A DNA stretch of 35,463 nucleotides, from contig JASFVE010000008.1 in assembly GCA_050049995.1 (NCBI GenBank), positions 1-35,463 of the forward strand. Reading direction: 5' to 3'. The translations under genes were made by a program, and so were the position numbers. Shown here in pieces: positions 9,832 through 19,954 of the stretch. This DNA is from Chlamydiota bacterium (GTDB lineage: Bacteria > Chlamydiota > Chlamydiia > Chlamydiales > SM23-39). The stretch's first letter is position 1. Each line of letters starts with the position of its first letter. The notes below the pieces were generated by a model, which worked only from the letters and a program-made list of their open reading frames with translations, was not told the DNA's origin and made no database searches.

Positions 9832-10869
9832 ATGACTGATACAGAATATCATTTTTACTCCAGCGATCCTAAAAAAGTTATAAAGGAATTAGGCGCTGAT
9901 ATTTTAAAAGAAGATTTAAATAAAATGCTCTTAATCAGAAACTTTGAAGCTAGAGCAGAGTCTGCATACCAGCAGGGGAAAATAGGCGGCTTTTTTCATT
10001 CTTATAGTGGTCAGGAAGCTATCCAAACTGCCTGCATAAGAGCCATGGGAGTAAAAAACTGGTACATAGCTACTTATCGTTGCCATGCTCTTGCTCTTCT
10101 CTTAGGGGCGGGTACTGATGAGGTAATGGCAGAGTTCTATGGGAAAGTTACAGGTAATGCCATGGGTAGAGGAGGCTCAATGCACCTCTATACCGATCGT
10201 TTGCTTGGTGGCTTTGCTATTGTAGGTGGACACACACCTGTGGCTGCTGGTGCTGCGTTTTCATTAGAATACCTTGGAAAAAAGGATGAGGTTGCTCTTT
10301 GCTTTTTAGGAGAAGGAGCCGTGGCTCAAGGTGCTTTTCATGAATCCCTGAATATGGCGTCTCTTTGGAATTTACCATGTATTTATGTTATTGAAAACAA
10401 TCAATGGGGCATGGGAACTGCTGTAAATAGAGCTATCTGCGTACAACCTATAGCTGAAAAAATGGCATCTTCCTACAACATGAAATCATATACATTGGAT
10501 GGTATGGATTATACAAATACCTATGCAGCTTTTAAGCATATTCATGAAGAGACCCTGCAAACACGAAGACCTGTGTTGGTAGAAGCTGTCACACAAAGAT
10601 TCAAAGGACATTCTATTTCTGATCCTGGATTTTATAGAACCAAAGAAGAGCTTGAAAAAGCCAAGCAAAGGGATCCAATTATTTTGCTAAAAAACTATCT
10701 TATCGAAAGCAATATGCTTACGGAAGATGAGTTTAAAGAAATGAATAAACAAAATATTGAGATAGTAAAAAAATCGATGGAATTTGCAGAGAAAAGCCCT
10801 GCTCCTGACCCACTAACCTTAGAGGAGGGAGTTTTTGCCCCCGAAGATGAAAATATAATGGGATACTGA
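9832..10869 (+). CDS. pdhA: Pyruvate dehydrogenase E1 alpha subunit
   Basis: GKIGGFFHSYSGQEA, GRGGSMH, TPP motif GEGA...ENN, RFKGHSISDP. Confidence 0.96.
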   Translation: MTDTEYHFYSSDPKKVIKELGADILKEDLNKMLLIRNFEARAESAYQQGKIGGFFHSYSGQEAIQTACIRAMGVKNWYIATYRCHALALLLGAGTDEVMAEFYGKVTGNAMGRGGSMHLYTDRLLGGFAIVGGHTPVAAGAAFSLEYLGKKDEVALCFLGEGAVAQGAFHESLNMASLWNLPCIYVIENNQWGMGTAVNRAICVQPIAEKMASSYNMKSYTLDGMDYTNTYAAFKHIHEETLQTRRPVLVEAVTQRFKGHSISDPGFYRTKEELEKAKQRDPIILLKNYLIESNMLTEDEFKEMNKQNIEIVKKSMEFAEKSPAPDPLTLEEGVFAPEDENIMGY

Positions 10870-10870
10870 T

Positions 10871-11845
10871 ATGAAAGAAGTTGAAATGAGAGAAGCTCTT
10901 CGCCAAGCTATAGACGAAGAAATGCAAAGAGATGCAACTGTTTTTATTATGGGGGAAGAGGTAGCAGAATATAATGGTGCTTATAAAGTAACCAAAGGAA
11001 TGCTTGATAAATGGGGAGCTAAACGAGTTATAGATACTCCTATTGCAGAAAATGGTTTTGCTGGAATAGCAATAGGAGCTGCTATGACAGGATTACGGCC
11101 TATTGTTGAATTTATGAGTTGGAACTTTTCTTTTGTCGCAGCTGATCAGATTATTTCTAATGCTTGCAAAATCCACTACATGTCTGGTGGAAGATTTAAA
11201 GTTCCTATTGTGTTTAGAGGGCCTAATGGAGCTGCGGCTCAGGTTTCTTGTCAGCATTCTCACTGCGTAGAGGCGATTTATGGAAATCTTCCTGGCTTGA
11301 TTATAATATCTCCTAGCAATCCTTATGATGCTAAAGGTCTATTAAAATCTGCCATACGTTCTAATAATCCAGTTTTATTTTTAGAAAATGAATTGGATTA
11401 TGGAGACAAGATGGAAATCCCTGAAAAAGAGTATCTTGTCCCTATAGGGAAAGCTAAAGTTATCAGGGAAGGTAAACATGTAACTTTAGTTTCTTATAGT
11501 AGAATGTTGAAGAAGTGTGTGGCTGCAGCTGAAGAGTTGAAGAAGAAAGGAATTGAGGTTGAAGTTATCGATATAAGAACTATTAAACCTCTTGATATTG
11601 CAACCATTTGCAAGTCTGTGAAAAAAACTAACCATTGTCTTGTTGTAGAAGAAGGGCATATTTTTTCGGGTATCGCTGCAGAAATTGGATTTCAAATAAT
11701 AGAACATTGTTTTGATTATTTAGATGCTCCCTTGGTAAGATTATGCCAAAAAGAAACTCCTCTTCCTTATGCAAAAAATATGGAAGCTGAGACAACTCCG
11801 ACAAAAGAAAGAATTGTAGAAGCATTAACAAAGCTAGTAGGATAA
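10871..11845 (+). CDS. pdhB: Pyruvate dehydrogenase E1 beta subunit
   Basis: GEEVAEYNGAYKVTKG, DTPIAENGF, PIVFRGPNG, QHS, DYLDAP. Confidence 0.97.
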   Translation: MKEVEMREALRQAIDEEMQRDATVFIMGEEVAEYNGAYKVTKGMLDKWGAKRVIDTPIAENGFAGIAIGAAMTGLRPIVEFMSWNFSFVAADQIISNACKIHYMSGGRFKVPIVFRGPNGAAAQVSCQHSHCVEAIYGNLPGLIIISPSNPYDAKGLLKSAIRSNNPVLFLENELDYGDKMEIPEKEYLVPIGKAKVIREGKHVTLVSYSRMLKKCVAAAEELKKKGIEVEVIDIRTIKPLDIATICKSVKKTNHCLVVEEGHIFSGIAAEIGFQIIEHCFDYLDAPLVRLCQKETPLPYAKNMEAETTPTKERIVEALTKLVG

Positions 11846-11849
11846 AGTC

Positions 11850-13148
11850 ATGCCATTTACAGTAACAATGCCCAAATTATCACCTACCATGGAAGAAGGT
11901 ACCATAGCTAAATGGCATGCCAAAGAAGGAGATAAGGTAGAAGCAGGAAGTCTTCTTATTGAAGTTACTACAGATAAAGCTACCGTTGAGTATAATGCTT
12001 TAGATGAAGGTTATTTAAGGAAGATCATAGTAGCTGAAGGAGACACAGCAAAAGTCAATCAGCCTATTGCTATTTTCACCGAAACGGCAGATGAGAGCAT
12101 TGAGGATGTAAAGTTAGAGCCTGAAGAGGAAAAAGAAGAAAAGCCTGAAGTAGAAGAGAAAGGGGCTGAAGAGAAAAAAGAAGAAAAACCTAAGGGAAAA
12201 GAACCTGCTAAGCCAGCTATGGCGCAACCTTCATTTGTTCCGTATCCTCCTGTCGAAAATTACGAGTTTAAGCTTCCAAGTGACTTTGCGCAAAGAGTTA
12301 AAGCAACTCCTTTAGCCAAAAAGATTGCTAGAGAAAAAAGTTTAGATTTATCAAGTGTTAAAGGAAGTGGTCCTAATGGGCGGATAACCAGTAAGGATTT
12401 GGATTTAGCTCAACCACGAAAAAATGCTGGATTTTTACCTAGGAAAAAGCCTTCTACTGCTCCAGGTAGCTATACGGAAGAGCCTTTGACTCCTATGAGA
12501 AAAGCAATTGGTACAAGGCTACAGCAGTCTAAAACTTTTATTCCTCATTTTTATGTAGGGCAAGAAGTCAATGTTGATGCTTTAATTAATCTTAGAGAAC
12601 AGCTAAAAAATTTAGATATAAAAGTTACTTTCAATGATTTTGTGATCAAAGCTGTAGCTCTAGCTCTTAAGGAACACCCTCATGTAAATACTGGCTTCAA
12701 TTCCGAAAACCAGTCAATTATCCATTTTGAAACTATTGATATTTCCGTTGCTGTCACCATTGAAGGGGGACTTATCACTCCAATTATAAGACACGCTGAC
12801 TACAAGAACTTAGGCGAAATCTCGCAAGAAGTTAAAAGTCTTGCTAAAAAGGCTAAAGACAATAAGCTACAACCACATGAGTTTCAAGGCGGTTCATTTA
12901 CTATCTCTAACTTAGGTATGTTTGGCGTCTCAGATTTTGTGGCTGTAATCAATCCGCCTCAGTCAGCCATTCTAGCAATTGGCGGTATCGAGAAGAAGCC
13001 AGTAGTCAAAGAAAATCAAATTGTTATTTCAAATACTATGTTTATTACTTTATCTGTAGATCATAGAGTAGTAGATGGAGCAGATGCTGCTCAGTTTATT
13101 AAGACAGTGCAAAAATATTTAGAAAATCCAGCAGGTCTAATCTTATAG
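11850..13148 (+). CDS. pdhC: Pyruvate dehydrogenase E2 dihydrolipoamide acetyltransferase
   Basis: MPKLSPTMEEG / TDKA lipoyl domain, E3-binding ATPLAKKIA...GSGPNGRI, catalytic DHRVVDG. Confidence 0.97.
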   Translation: MPFTVTMPKLSPTMEEGTIAKWHAKEGDKVEAGSLLIEVTTDKATVEYNALDEGYLRKIIVAEGDTAKVNQPIAIFTETADESIEDVKLEPEEEKEEKPEVEEKGAEEKKEEKPKGKEPAKPAMAQPSFVPYPPVENYEFKLPSDFAQRVKATPLAKKIAREKSLDLSSVKGSGPNGRITSKDLDLAQPRKNAGFLPRKKPSTAPGSYTEEPLTPMRKAIGTRLQQSKTFIPHFYVGQEVNVDALINLREQLKNLDIKVTFNDFVIKAVALALKEHPHVNTGFNSENQSIIHFETIDISVAVTIEGGLITPIIRHADYKNLGEISQEVKSLAKKAKDNKLQPHEFQGGSFTISNLGMFGVSDFVAVINPPQSAILAIGGIEKKPVVKENQIVISNTMFITLSVDHRVVDGADAAQFIKTVQKYLENPAGLIL

Positions 13149-14063
13149 CCACTTCTTTCTAATGAAGACAAGCACTGAGATTAAAGAAAGAATAATAACA
13201 AAGTTTATAATGATCAAAAAGGCGAAAGGATCCTTTTCTAAGGGGAGTTCTACGTTCATTCCATAAACAGATGATATGATAGTTGGGATGGTAAATATAA
13301 TCGTTATTGCTGTTAGTCGTTTAATCGTCTTGTTTACATCATTTGTAAAAAGAATCTGATAAGAGTCCCTTAAAGATCGAATACTCTTTACGTTCACTCT
13401 ACATAGATCTTCAGACTGCTTTATTGCGATGGAAAGGTCTTGTAAGAGCTCGTAGTCTTTTTCATACAACTTCACAAATCTTCCACTAGAAATGGCTTCT
13501 AACAAGTTCCTCATCGGTACTAGAGAGGTAAGAAATTGATTTAAAATTTCCTCGTTCTTTGTCAAAATGACGATAGCATCACTATCGATATTTACCATTT
13601 CTTTTTCTTGTTCTATAACAGCATATCTAACTTTTTTTATATTGGAAGTGTAGTCCTGTGTAATCTTCAGTAAAATGCTGAACAGGAGTTTAGATTTTTG
13701 CGTAGTTGCAATAGGCATATTAGACGACAAAATATTATTAATGACATCTGACTTATGCGGGCAAATAGTAACGACAAAAGCGCTTGTTAAAATGATTGTT
13801 AAAGTTGAGGTATATAAGCCATGTTCTAACTCAGAAGGGTGGCGAGTAAAAATTAAGATATTTTCCTGGTCTTGCTCAATTCTTGGAATCTCATAAATAT
13901 CAAGACTGTCTCTTAGATCTTCATAGTCTAGGTTAATGAACTTTTTAACCTGGTTCAAATCTTCTTTTGTGGCATCACTGATATGAATCCAACTTCCAGG
14001 CTTAAACTCTTTAATGCTTTTAAAAGATGAGTCACGAATTGATTTAAAGAATACTTCAATCAT
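13143..14063 (-). CDS. corA: CorA family Mg2+/Co2+ transporter
   Basis: Two C-terminal TM helices with YGMNV signature and basic KKWL tail. Confidence 0.92.
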   Translation of the reverse strand: MIEVFFKSIRDSSFKSIKEFKPGSWIHISDATKEDLNQVKKFINLDYEDLRDSLDIYEIPRIEQDQENILIFTRHPSELEHGLYTSTLTIILTSAFVVTICPHKSDVINNILSSNMPIATTQKSKLLFSILLKITQDYTSNIKKVRYAVIEQEKEMVNIDSDAIVILTKNEEILNQFLTSLVPMRNLLEAISSGRFVKLYEKDYELLQDLSIAIKQSEDLCRVNVKSIRSLRDSYQILFTNDVNKTIKRLTAITIIFTIPTIISSVYGMNVELPLEKDPFAFLIIINFVIILSLISVLVFIRKKWL

Positions 14064-14129
14064 AGACTAAAACGCCTTGTCAATAATTTTTATAAATACT
14101 TTTAAAACTGTAGGATGTAAAGGATTTTT

Positions 14130-15194
14130 TTATGAATTGGGTGGAGTAAATAGGTCCAATTGTTTTTCTATTACTTCTATCTTTTCTTCTAAGTTTTTTA
14201 TGTGTTGTACGTATTTTTCTAATTTCCTAATATGAACTTGTTGTCGGTTATATTCATGAATGTTAATAGCAGGACTTCCTCTATATTTACCCGGTTTTTT
14301 TAGGGATTTACTTACACCGCCGCGGGTAGCTATCATAACCATGTCAGTTATCTCAACGTGTCCTAAAACACCTACTTGGCCTCCTAGCATAACATGCTTC
14401 CCGGTTTTTGCAGAACCTGCAACTCCTGATTGGGCTGAAATAATATTGGATTCTCCAATTTCTGAGTTGTGGGCTATTTGAACTAAATTATCAATTTTAG
14501 TTCCCTTTCTAATGATAGTTGCTTTAAACCTAGCTCTATCAACTGTTGAATTTGCTCCAATCTCTACATCATCTTCAATTATGACAATTCCTAATTGCTC
14601 TAACTTCATATGATTGCCGGACTTATCGGGTATATAACCAAAGCCACAAGAGCCAATAATGGCTCCAGGCTGTAAAATAACATTATTACCTATCTTGCAA
14701 GCTTCTCTAACAACACTATTAGCATAAAAGCAACAGTTATTTCCGACAGTTGTACTACATCCAATATAACAACCAGCACCAACTACAGTGTTATCACCCA
14801 ATATTACATCTTGGTCTATCACTGCATGTGGTGCAATAGTTACATTATTTCCAATTTTAGCAGTAGGGTGTATTACAGCCGAAGGGTGAATATCCCGAAA
14901 CCCTAGCTTTTCTTTTTTCAATAAAAGAATTTCAGCAATTTTTTGAAAAGTTGCTGATGGATCCTCGGAAATTAAAAAGTTTTTTCCTTCAACAGCCACT
15001 GCATCTGCATTAATGCAAATCACTCCTGCCTTTGACTGCTTCATAGCTTCTTCGTATCTAGGATTTGCCAGGAAAGAAGCCTCTGAAGAGCTAGCAGAAT
15101 CTAAAGTGTTAACACCAATAATAATATGGTCTTTGTTTCCTAAATAACTAGAATTAGTAAGCTTTGCAAGCTCTTCGATAGTAAAGTTTGTCAT
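14130..15194 (-). CDS. lpxD: UDP-3-O-(3-hydroxyacyl)glucosamine N-acyltransferase
   Basis: SFLANPRY, hexapeptide repeats, GSCGFGY, DVEIGANSTVDR, KIDNLVQIAHN. Confidence 0.97.
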   Translation of the reverse strand: MTNFTIEELAKLTNSSYLGNKDHIIIGVNTLDSASSSEASFLANPRYEEAMKQSKAGVICINADAVAVEGKNFLISEDPSATFQKIAEILLLKKEKLGFRDIHPSAVIHPTAKIGNNVTIAPHAVIDQDVILGDNTVVGAGCYIGCSTTVGNNCCFYANSVVREACKIGNNVILQPGAIIGSCGFGYIPDKSGNHMKLEQLGIVIIEDDVEIGANSTVDRARFKATIIRKGTKIDNLVQIAHNSEIGESNIISAQSGVAGSAKTGKHVMLGGQVGVLGHVEITDMVMIATRGGVSKSLKKPGKYRGSPAINIHEYNRQQVHIRKLEKYVQHIKNLEEKIEVIEKQLDLFTPPNS

Positions 15195-15197
15195 ATA

Positions 15198-15785
15198 CTA
15201 CTTTTGATTAGATAAAGATGGGGTCTCGCTGTTTTCAGAAAGTTTTCTTTGTTTTTGATCATTTGCGAAGTCTTTGTCCATCTCTTTAATAACTAAATCA
15301 GTTACTTCTAAATCAGGATTAAAATAAAAACAAGCCTCTTTATTCATGACAAAAGCTAAATTTTTTCTTTTAGCTAGCCTTTCAGCAGCTCTTGCTATAT
15401 TTTGATTCATTTTCTGCATTAATTGATAGTTAGCTTGATTTAAAACTTGGTAAAATTGATTTTGATATCTTGCATAATCTTCTTGTAAAGCTTGGAATTT
15501 AGAGCGTAACTCCTCTTCAGCTTTAGGCGATAGGCTGTCCATGTAATCATTGTCTTCAAATTTTCCAGTTATATCCTTCAATTCTTTTTCAGTCTCTTCC
15601 ATCATAGAAGTCATTTGTTTTCTAATGTACTCAAGATTTTGCTGTTCTTGTTTGCCATACTCTGAATCAGTAATGCATGATGCAAAGTTTACAACAGCAA
15701 CTTGCTTAGAGGTTTCACCGGAAAATAAAGTACTTGTCAGTCCAATTGATGATACAAGTAAAAATAAAATTTTTTTTGTTTTCAT
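15198..15785 (-). CDS. skp: Skp/OmpH periplasmic chaperone
   Basis: Signal peptide, VAVVNF...SEYGKQEQ, long coiled coil, DLEVTDLVIKEMD; between bamA and lpxD; start set to ATG 15785 after AAGGAG RBS. Confidence 0.92.
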   Translation of the reverse strand: MKTKKILFLLVSSIGLTSTLFSGETSKQVAVVNFASCITDSEYGKQEQQNLEYIRKQMTSMMEETEKELKDITGKFEDNDYMDSLSPKAEEELRSKFQALQEDYARYQNQFYQVLNQANYQLMQKMNQNIARAAERLAKRKNLAFVMNKEACFYFNPDLEVTDLVIKEMDKDFANDQKQRKLSENSETPSLSNQK

Positions 15786-15798
15786 TGATAGCTCCTTT

Positions 15799-18135
15799 TT
15801 AAAATTGTCCACCCATCGAGAAAAAGAACTTTCTTACATCGCTTGATCTCTCAGGATTAATTGGAAATCCCCACCCAAACATAATTGGGGTGCGATTCAT
15901 TAGTTCTAACCTCACGCCAACACCGTATGCCGCTCGCAGCTTAGCTACAGAAAATCGATCAAAAGATATCGAACCTGCATCAATGAAAGCAAATGCGTCC
16001 ATAATTTTAAAGACTTCTTGGCAATATTCTGCAGAAAGTAAAGCAGAAGTAATACCACCGAGGGGTTCATTGCTGGCAGCTTGAGGTCCTAAAATATATG
16101 GTTTATAGCCTCTTACAGAGTATTCACCACCTAGGAAAAATCTCTCACTAAGTGATAATCTATATTTGCTTTGACTTCCATAAGGATCAATAAACTTGAG
16201 GTCTCCTCTGAATTTTAAAGTACCTTTAGACCATAAATACTGATAATATGTGTTGACAAATGATACTTTGTAAAATCTGAAATCACCGCCTAAACCAGCT
16301 ACTTCCAGTTCGAGATTTGACCTTAGACCTTTTTTGGGTTTGTAAATGCTATTGGTAGAGTCGTAAGATAGGTATGTCGAGGCGGCCGAGATGATGCCAT
16401 CATTTTTACCAAATAAATCTTTGTTGGGGCGACTATCTTTATCTACTACATCAGCTTCGGCATTTCTAAATCGATATTTAAAGCCTAATGATAAGTAATT
16501 AGTCAAAGGGTATGAAGTAAAAACAGAGAATCCAATTGTATCAATATCATAATCTTTAGACTGCAACTGGCTAGATGTTTTAGATAGTTCAAAACCTAGT
16601 CTCCAAAGACTGTCTCTTACATAAGGTGTCATCCATGAAATGACGTAGTTATTTTGTCTTTTACCTGGGTTGACTCGAATGTGGGCATATTCTCCTCCAC
16701 CTCTTAAAGCTGAAGGTCCTTGGGTAAATAAATGAGCAAACCCAGCAATGTTAAAATTTCTTTCTGTGAGCTCAAGTCCTCCGTTAATATTATCAGTAGA
16801 GCTGAATCCTAAAAATAAACTTACGTTGCCAGTAGCTGTTTCTTCGACTTCGATATAAACATCTTTGTAGTTGGGGCCTAAACTCAAGTCATCAGTAGAA
16901 GCCACTGCATATACGTTTACATTTTTAAAATAACCGATTCCTTGTAGTCGCATCTCAGTTGCTTTAAGTTTCCTAGAGTCAAAAAGCTCTCCAGGGACTA
17001 AAAGTGATTCACGTAGTATAACATTGTCATTTGTTTGGGTATTTCCGAAGATCCTAATAAGACCAATTTTATATTGCTTACCTTCTTCTATCTTAAAGGA
17101 TATGTCATAATAAGGCTCTTGTTCTGAAAGGTGGGTGTCAAAATAAACGTTTGTTTCAATATATCCTTTTTGACCGTATAAATCCTTAATTGACTGAGCT
17201 GTTTCCCTTAATTGTTCAGGTGAAAAATTACTGCCGCTGCTGATTAAAATTCTTTTCTGAATTTCTTCATTAGTAAAAATGGTATTGCCTTCAAAGGTTA
17301 TATCACCAAATTTGTAAAGATCGCCTTTTTCAGTAACAATTTCTATAGTAACTTTTCCAGAAGGATCATCAATGATTTGAATATCAACTTGAGCATCTGC
17401 ATAACCTTTATTATGTAAATAGTTTAAAATGCTCATTTTATCTTGATCCAATACTTCCTCACGGTAAGTTCCAGTCCCAGTTAGCCAACTACTCAAAAAA
17501 TTAAACTTTTTAGTGTAGATTTGTTCTCGAATTTCGCTTTTCTCTTTGCTGGAAAATCCTTTCAGGGAAACGTTTTTAATTTTCCCAGATCTTCCTTCGT
17601 CTATTGTAATATTAATATCAATTTGATTTGTGTTTGCAATCGGCTCGATGGTATAGCTTAGTTGGGATTCGAAATACCCTTTTTTGACATAGTATTCTTT
17701 AACTTTGTTGAATTTTTTATTAAATTCTTCTCTGTTAAAGACCGAAAGGGGTTTGGTGTCTAGTTCTTTCTGTAGTTTTTTTGTTTTGATTTGCTCATTT
17801 CCTTGCCATTGAATGCTATGAATAATTGGTCTTGGCCATAGAAGCAGCTTTATATAGATCTGGTCGTTGTCTACCTTAATATATGGTTCAATGCGATCAT
17901 ATTCATCCGACAACATTTTTAGATCTTGGTCAAAATTTAGTTGTGAGAATGGTTCATTCTTTCTAGTTTTAAGACGAGTAAGAATGGTGCGAGTATCATA
18001 GATCGCATCAGGATCAGAGTACTCAACTGTTACATCAATATTTGCTACATTCTTTCCTTCAAATGTTTCTATTGCAAAAAGGTTGCTTGATGCTAGGACA
18101 ATCAGTAATAGGAGAATTTTATGTCTTATGTGCAT
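15799..18135 (-). CDS. bamA: Outer membrane protein assembly factor BamA (Omp85/YaeT)
   Basis: Signal peptide, POTRA repeats, GNTQTNDNVILRE, VRGY motif (FFLGGEYSVRGY), C-terminal FFFSMGGQF. Confidence 0.97.
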   Translation of the reverse strand: MHIRHKILLLLIVLASSNLFAIETFEGKNVANIDVTVEYSDPDAIYDTRTILTRLKTRKNEPFSQLNFDQDLKMLSDEYDRIEPYIKVDNDQIYIKLLLWPRPIIHSIQWQGNEQIKTKKLQKELDTKPLSVFNREEFNKKFNKVKEYYVKKGYFESQLSYTIEPIANTNQIDINITIDEGRSGKIKNVSLKGFSSKEKSEIREQIYTKKFNFLSSWLTGTGTYREEVLDQDKMSILNYLHNKGYADAQVDIQIIDDPSGKVTIEIVTEKGDLYKFGDITFEGNTIFTNEEIQKRILISSGSNFSPEQLRETAQSIKDLYGQKGYIETNVYFDTHLSEQEPYYDISFKIEEGKQYKIGLIRIFGNTQTNDNVILRESLLVPGELFDSRKLKATEMRLQGIGYFKNVNVYAVASTDDLSLGPNYKDVYIEVEETATGNVSLFLGFSSTDNINGGLELTERNFNIAGFAHLFTQGPSALRGGGEYAHIRVNPGKRQNNYVISWMTPYVRDSLWRLGFELSKTSSQLQSKDYDIDTIGFSVFTSYPLTNYLSLGFKYRFRNAEADVVDKDSRPNKDLFGKNDGIISAASTYLSYDSTNSIYKPKKGLRSNLELEVAGLGGDFRFYKVSFVNTYYQYLWSKGTLKFRGDLKFIDPYGSQSKYRLSLSERFFLGGEYSVRGYKPYILGPQAASNEPLGGITSALLSAEYCQEVFKIMDAFAFIDAGSISFDRFSVAKLRAAYGVGVRLELMNRTPIMFGWGFPINPERSSDVRKFFFSMGGQF

Positions 18136-18243
18136 AGATTAAAAATTATGTGCTTTGGAGTTTATTAAGATAACAGTTCCTATTTAACAAGGTTATGGTA
18201 AGGATCGGATTATATGTGAAGGTAAAAAATAAATGCAACAAAG

Positions 18244-18837
18244 CTAAAAACTTTGTCTTCCTATTAGCGCTTGAGTTAGGGTTCCTTCATCAATAAACTC
18301 AAGACTACTTCCAATTGGAACTCCAAAGGCTAGCCTAGAAATTTTTATTTCTAAATCTTTAAGTTGTTCTTTTAAAAATAGTGAAGTGGCGTCGCCACTT
18401 AAAGTAGCGTCTAACGCGAGAAGAACTTCTTTTGTTTTAGAGTTCAAGATGAGTTGCTTTAAGTTGTCGATTTCGTTTGGATCAGGGTATTTATCTTCGA
18501 TAGGAGATAAAGTGTGTGTAAATACGTAGTAAAGCCCTTTGTAGCTGTTGGTTTGTTCTATAGCAAAAACATCTTTTGGGTTTGATATAACGCACAAAAC
18601 CGATGAATCCCTAGCTGGGTTTTTGCAAAAAAAACATTTGTCAGCATCTTTTAAACATCGGCATGTGGAGCAATTTTTAATATTTTGTAAATTTTTTAAT
18701 TGATCTGAAAATTGACTTAGTTCGTTGCTTGTCCACTGTAGTAGGTGAAAAGCGAATCTCTCGGCACTTTTAGTTCCAATGCCGGGTAATTTTTTAAAGT
18801 GTTGTATAATTTTTTGAATGTCTATCGGAAGCTTCAA
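18244..18837 (-). CDS. recR: Recombination mediator RecR
   Basis: LPGIGTKSAERFAF HhH, C4 zinc finger CSTC...CFFC, Toprim-like domain, SRLAFGVPIG. Confidence 0.95.
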   Translation of the reverse strand: MKLPIDIQKIIQHFKKLPGIGTKSAERFAFHLLQWTSNELSQFSDQLKNLQNIKNCSTCRCLKDADKCFFCKNPARDSSVLCVISNPKDVFAIEQTNSYKGLYYVFTHTLSPIEDKYPDPNEIDNLKQLILNSKTKEVLLALDATLSGDATSLFLKEQLKDLEIKISRLAFGVPIGSSLEFIDEGTLTQALIGRQSF

Positions 18838-18960
18838 TTTTTCCTCGCTTAACGTTAACTAAAAGTTTTATTGTCACATGAAAATCACTTTTAATTAACT
18901 CACATTTAAGATAAAATAGCTAGCGCACGATAATTAATCGTAAAATATAAGGAAATACAT

Positions 18961-19953
18961 TTGAAAGCAAAAATTATTGGAACTGGGTCTTATTTGCCAA
19001 AAAAAATTTTGAGCAACCTAGATCTTGAAAGGATGGTAGAAACGTCTGACGAGTGGATTGTCTCAAGAACTGGCATGAAGGAAAGAAGGATAGCTGCTGA
19101 CAACGAATATCCCTCTACTATGGGTGCGGAAGCTTGTAAATTGGCTATGATGGATGCAAAGGTTACTCCTGAAGAAATTGATTTCATTATTGTTGCTACT
19201 TTAACTCCAGATTATATTTTCCCAAGCACGGCCTGCTTGATTCAAGAATCTCTCGGTTTAAAGAATGCAGCAGCCATTGATATTCAGGCTGCGTGCACAG
19301 GTTATTTGTATGCACTTTCAGTTGCTAAATCTTTTATTGAATCTGGCGTTTATAAAAATATTTTAATTGTAGCCTCAGAAAAACTATCTTCTATAGTTGA
19401 TTATGAAGACCGCTCAACTTGTGTTCTTTTTGGCGATGGTGCTTCAGCTGCAGTGGTTAGTAAAAATGGACCTGGCCTTTCAGTAGAAAGCATTTGTCTA
19501 GGTGCTGATGGAGAGCAAGCTGAATTGTTAATGCTGCCTGGCGGAGGAAGTAGGAATCCTGCTACACAAAAGACTGTTGATGAAAAGCTTCACTATATAA
19601 AAATGGCTGGAAATGAAGTATTTAAGCATGCTGTAAGGCGCATGGAAGCTGCATCAAAGCAATGTCTAGATCAAGTGCAAGTAAAAGAAGAAGAAGTCAG
19701 TTGGTTAGTTCCTCATCAGGCTAATAAAAGAATTATAGAAGCTATAGCGAAAAGGTTTACTCACTTACCTAATGATAAAATATTTATAACAGTGGATCGT
19801 TATGGCAATACTTCGGCTTCATCTATTGGAATTGCTTTGGATGAGCTTATGAAAACAAATACTGTAAAAGAAGGGGAGAACCTCTTACTTACCGCTTTTG
19901 GTTCGGGGTTTACTTGGGGAGCTTCTCTTTTAAAGTTTACAAGGAATGCATAA
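18961..19953 (+). CDS. fabH: 3-oxoacyl-ACP synthase III
   Basis: AACTG (catalytic Cys), PHQAN (His), YGNTSAS (Asn), FGSGFTWG; TTG start with AAGGA RBS. Confidence 0.97.
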   Translation: MKAKIIGTGSYLPKKILSNLDLERMVETSDEWIVSRTGMKERRIAADNEYPSTMGAEACKLAMMDAKVTPEEIDFIIVATLTPDYIFPSTACLIQESLGLKNAAAIDIQAACTGYLYALSVAKSFIESGVYKNILIVASEKLSSIVDYEDRSTCVLFGDGASAAVVSKNGPGLSVESICLGADGEQAELLMLPGGGSRNPATQKTVDEKLHYIKMAGNEVFKHAVRRMEAASKQCLDQVQVKEEEVSWLVPHQANKRIIEAIAKRFTHLPNDKIFITVDRYGNTSASSIGIALDELMKTNTVKEGENLLLTAFGSGFTWGASLLKFTRNA

Positions 19954-19954
19954 T

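Noticed and set aside
12110..12215. Purine-rich imperfect repeat encoding EEEKEEKP / EEKKEEKP
   Set aside because: Ordinary low-complexity flexible linker of the E2 subunit
14700..14900. Periodic sequence in lpxD
   Set aside because: Expected hexapeptide repeats of the left-handed beta-helix
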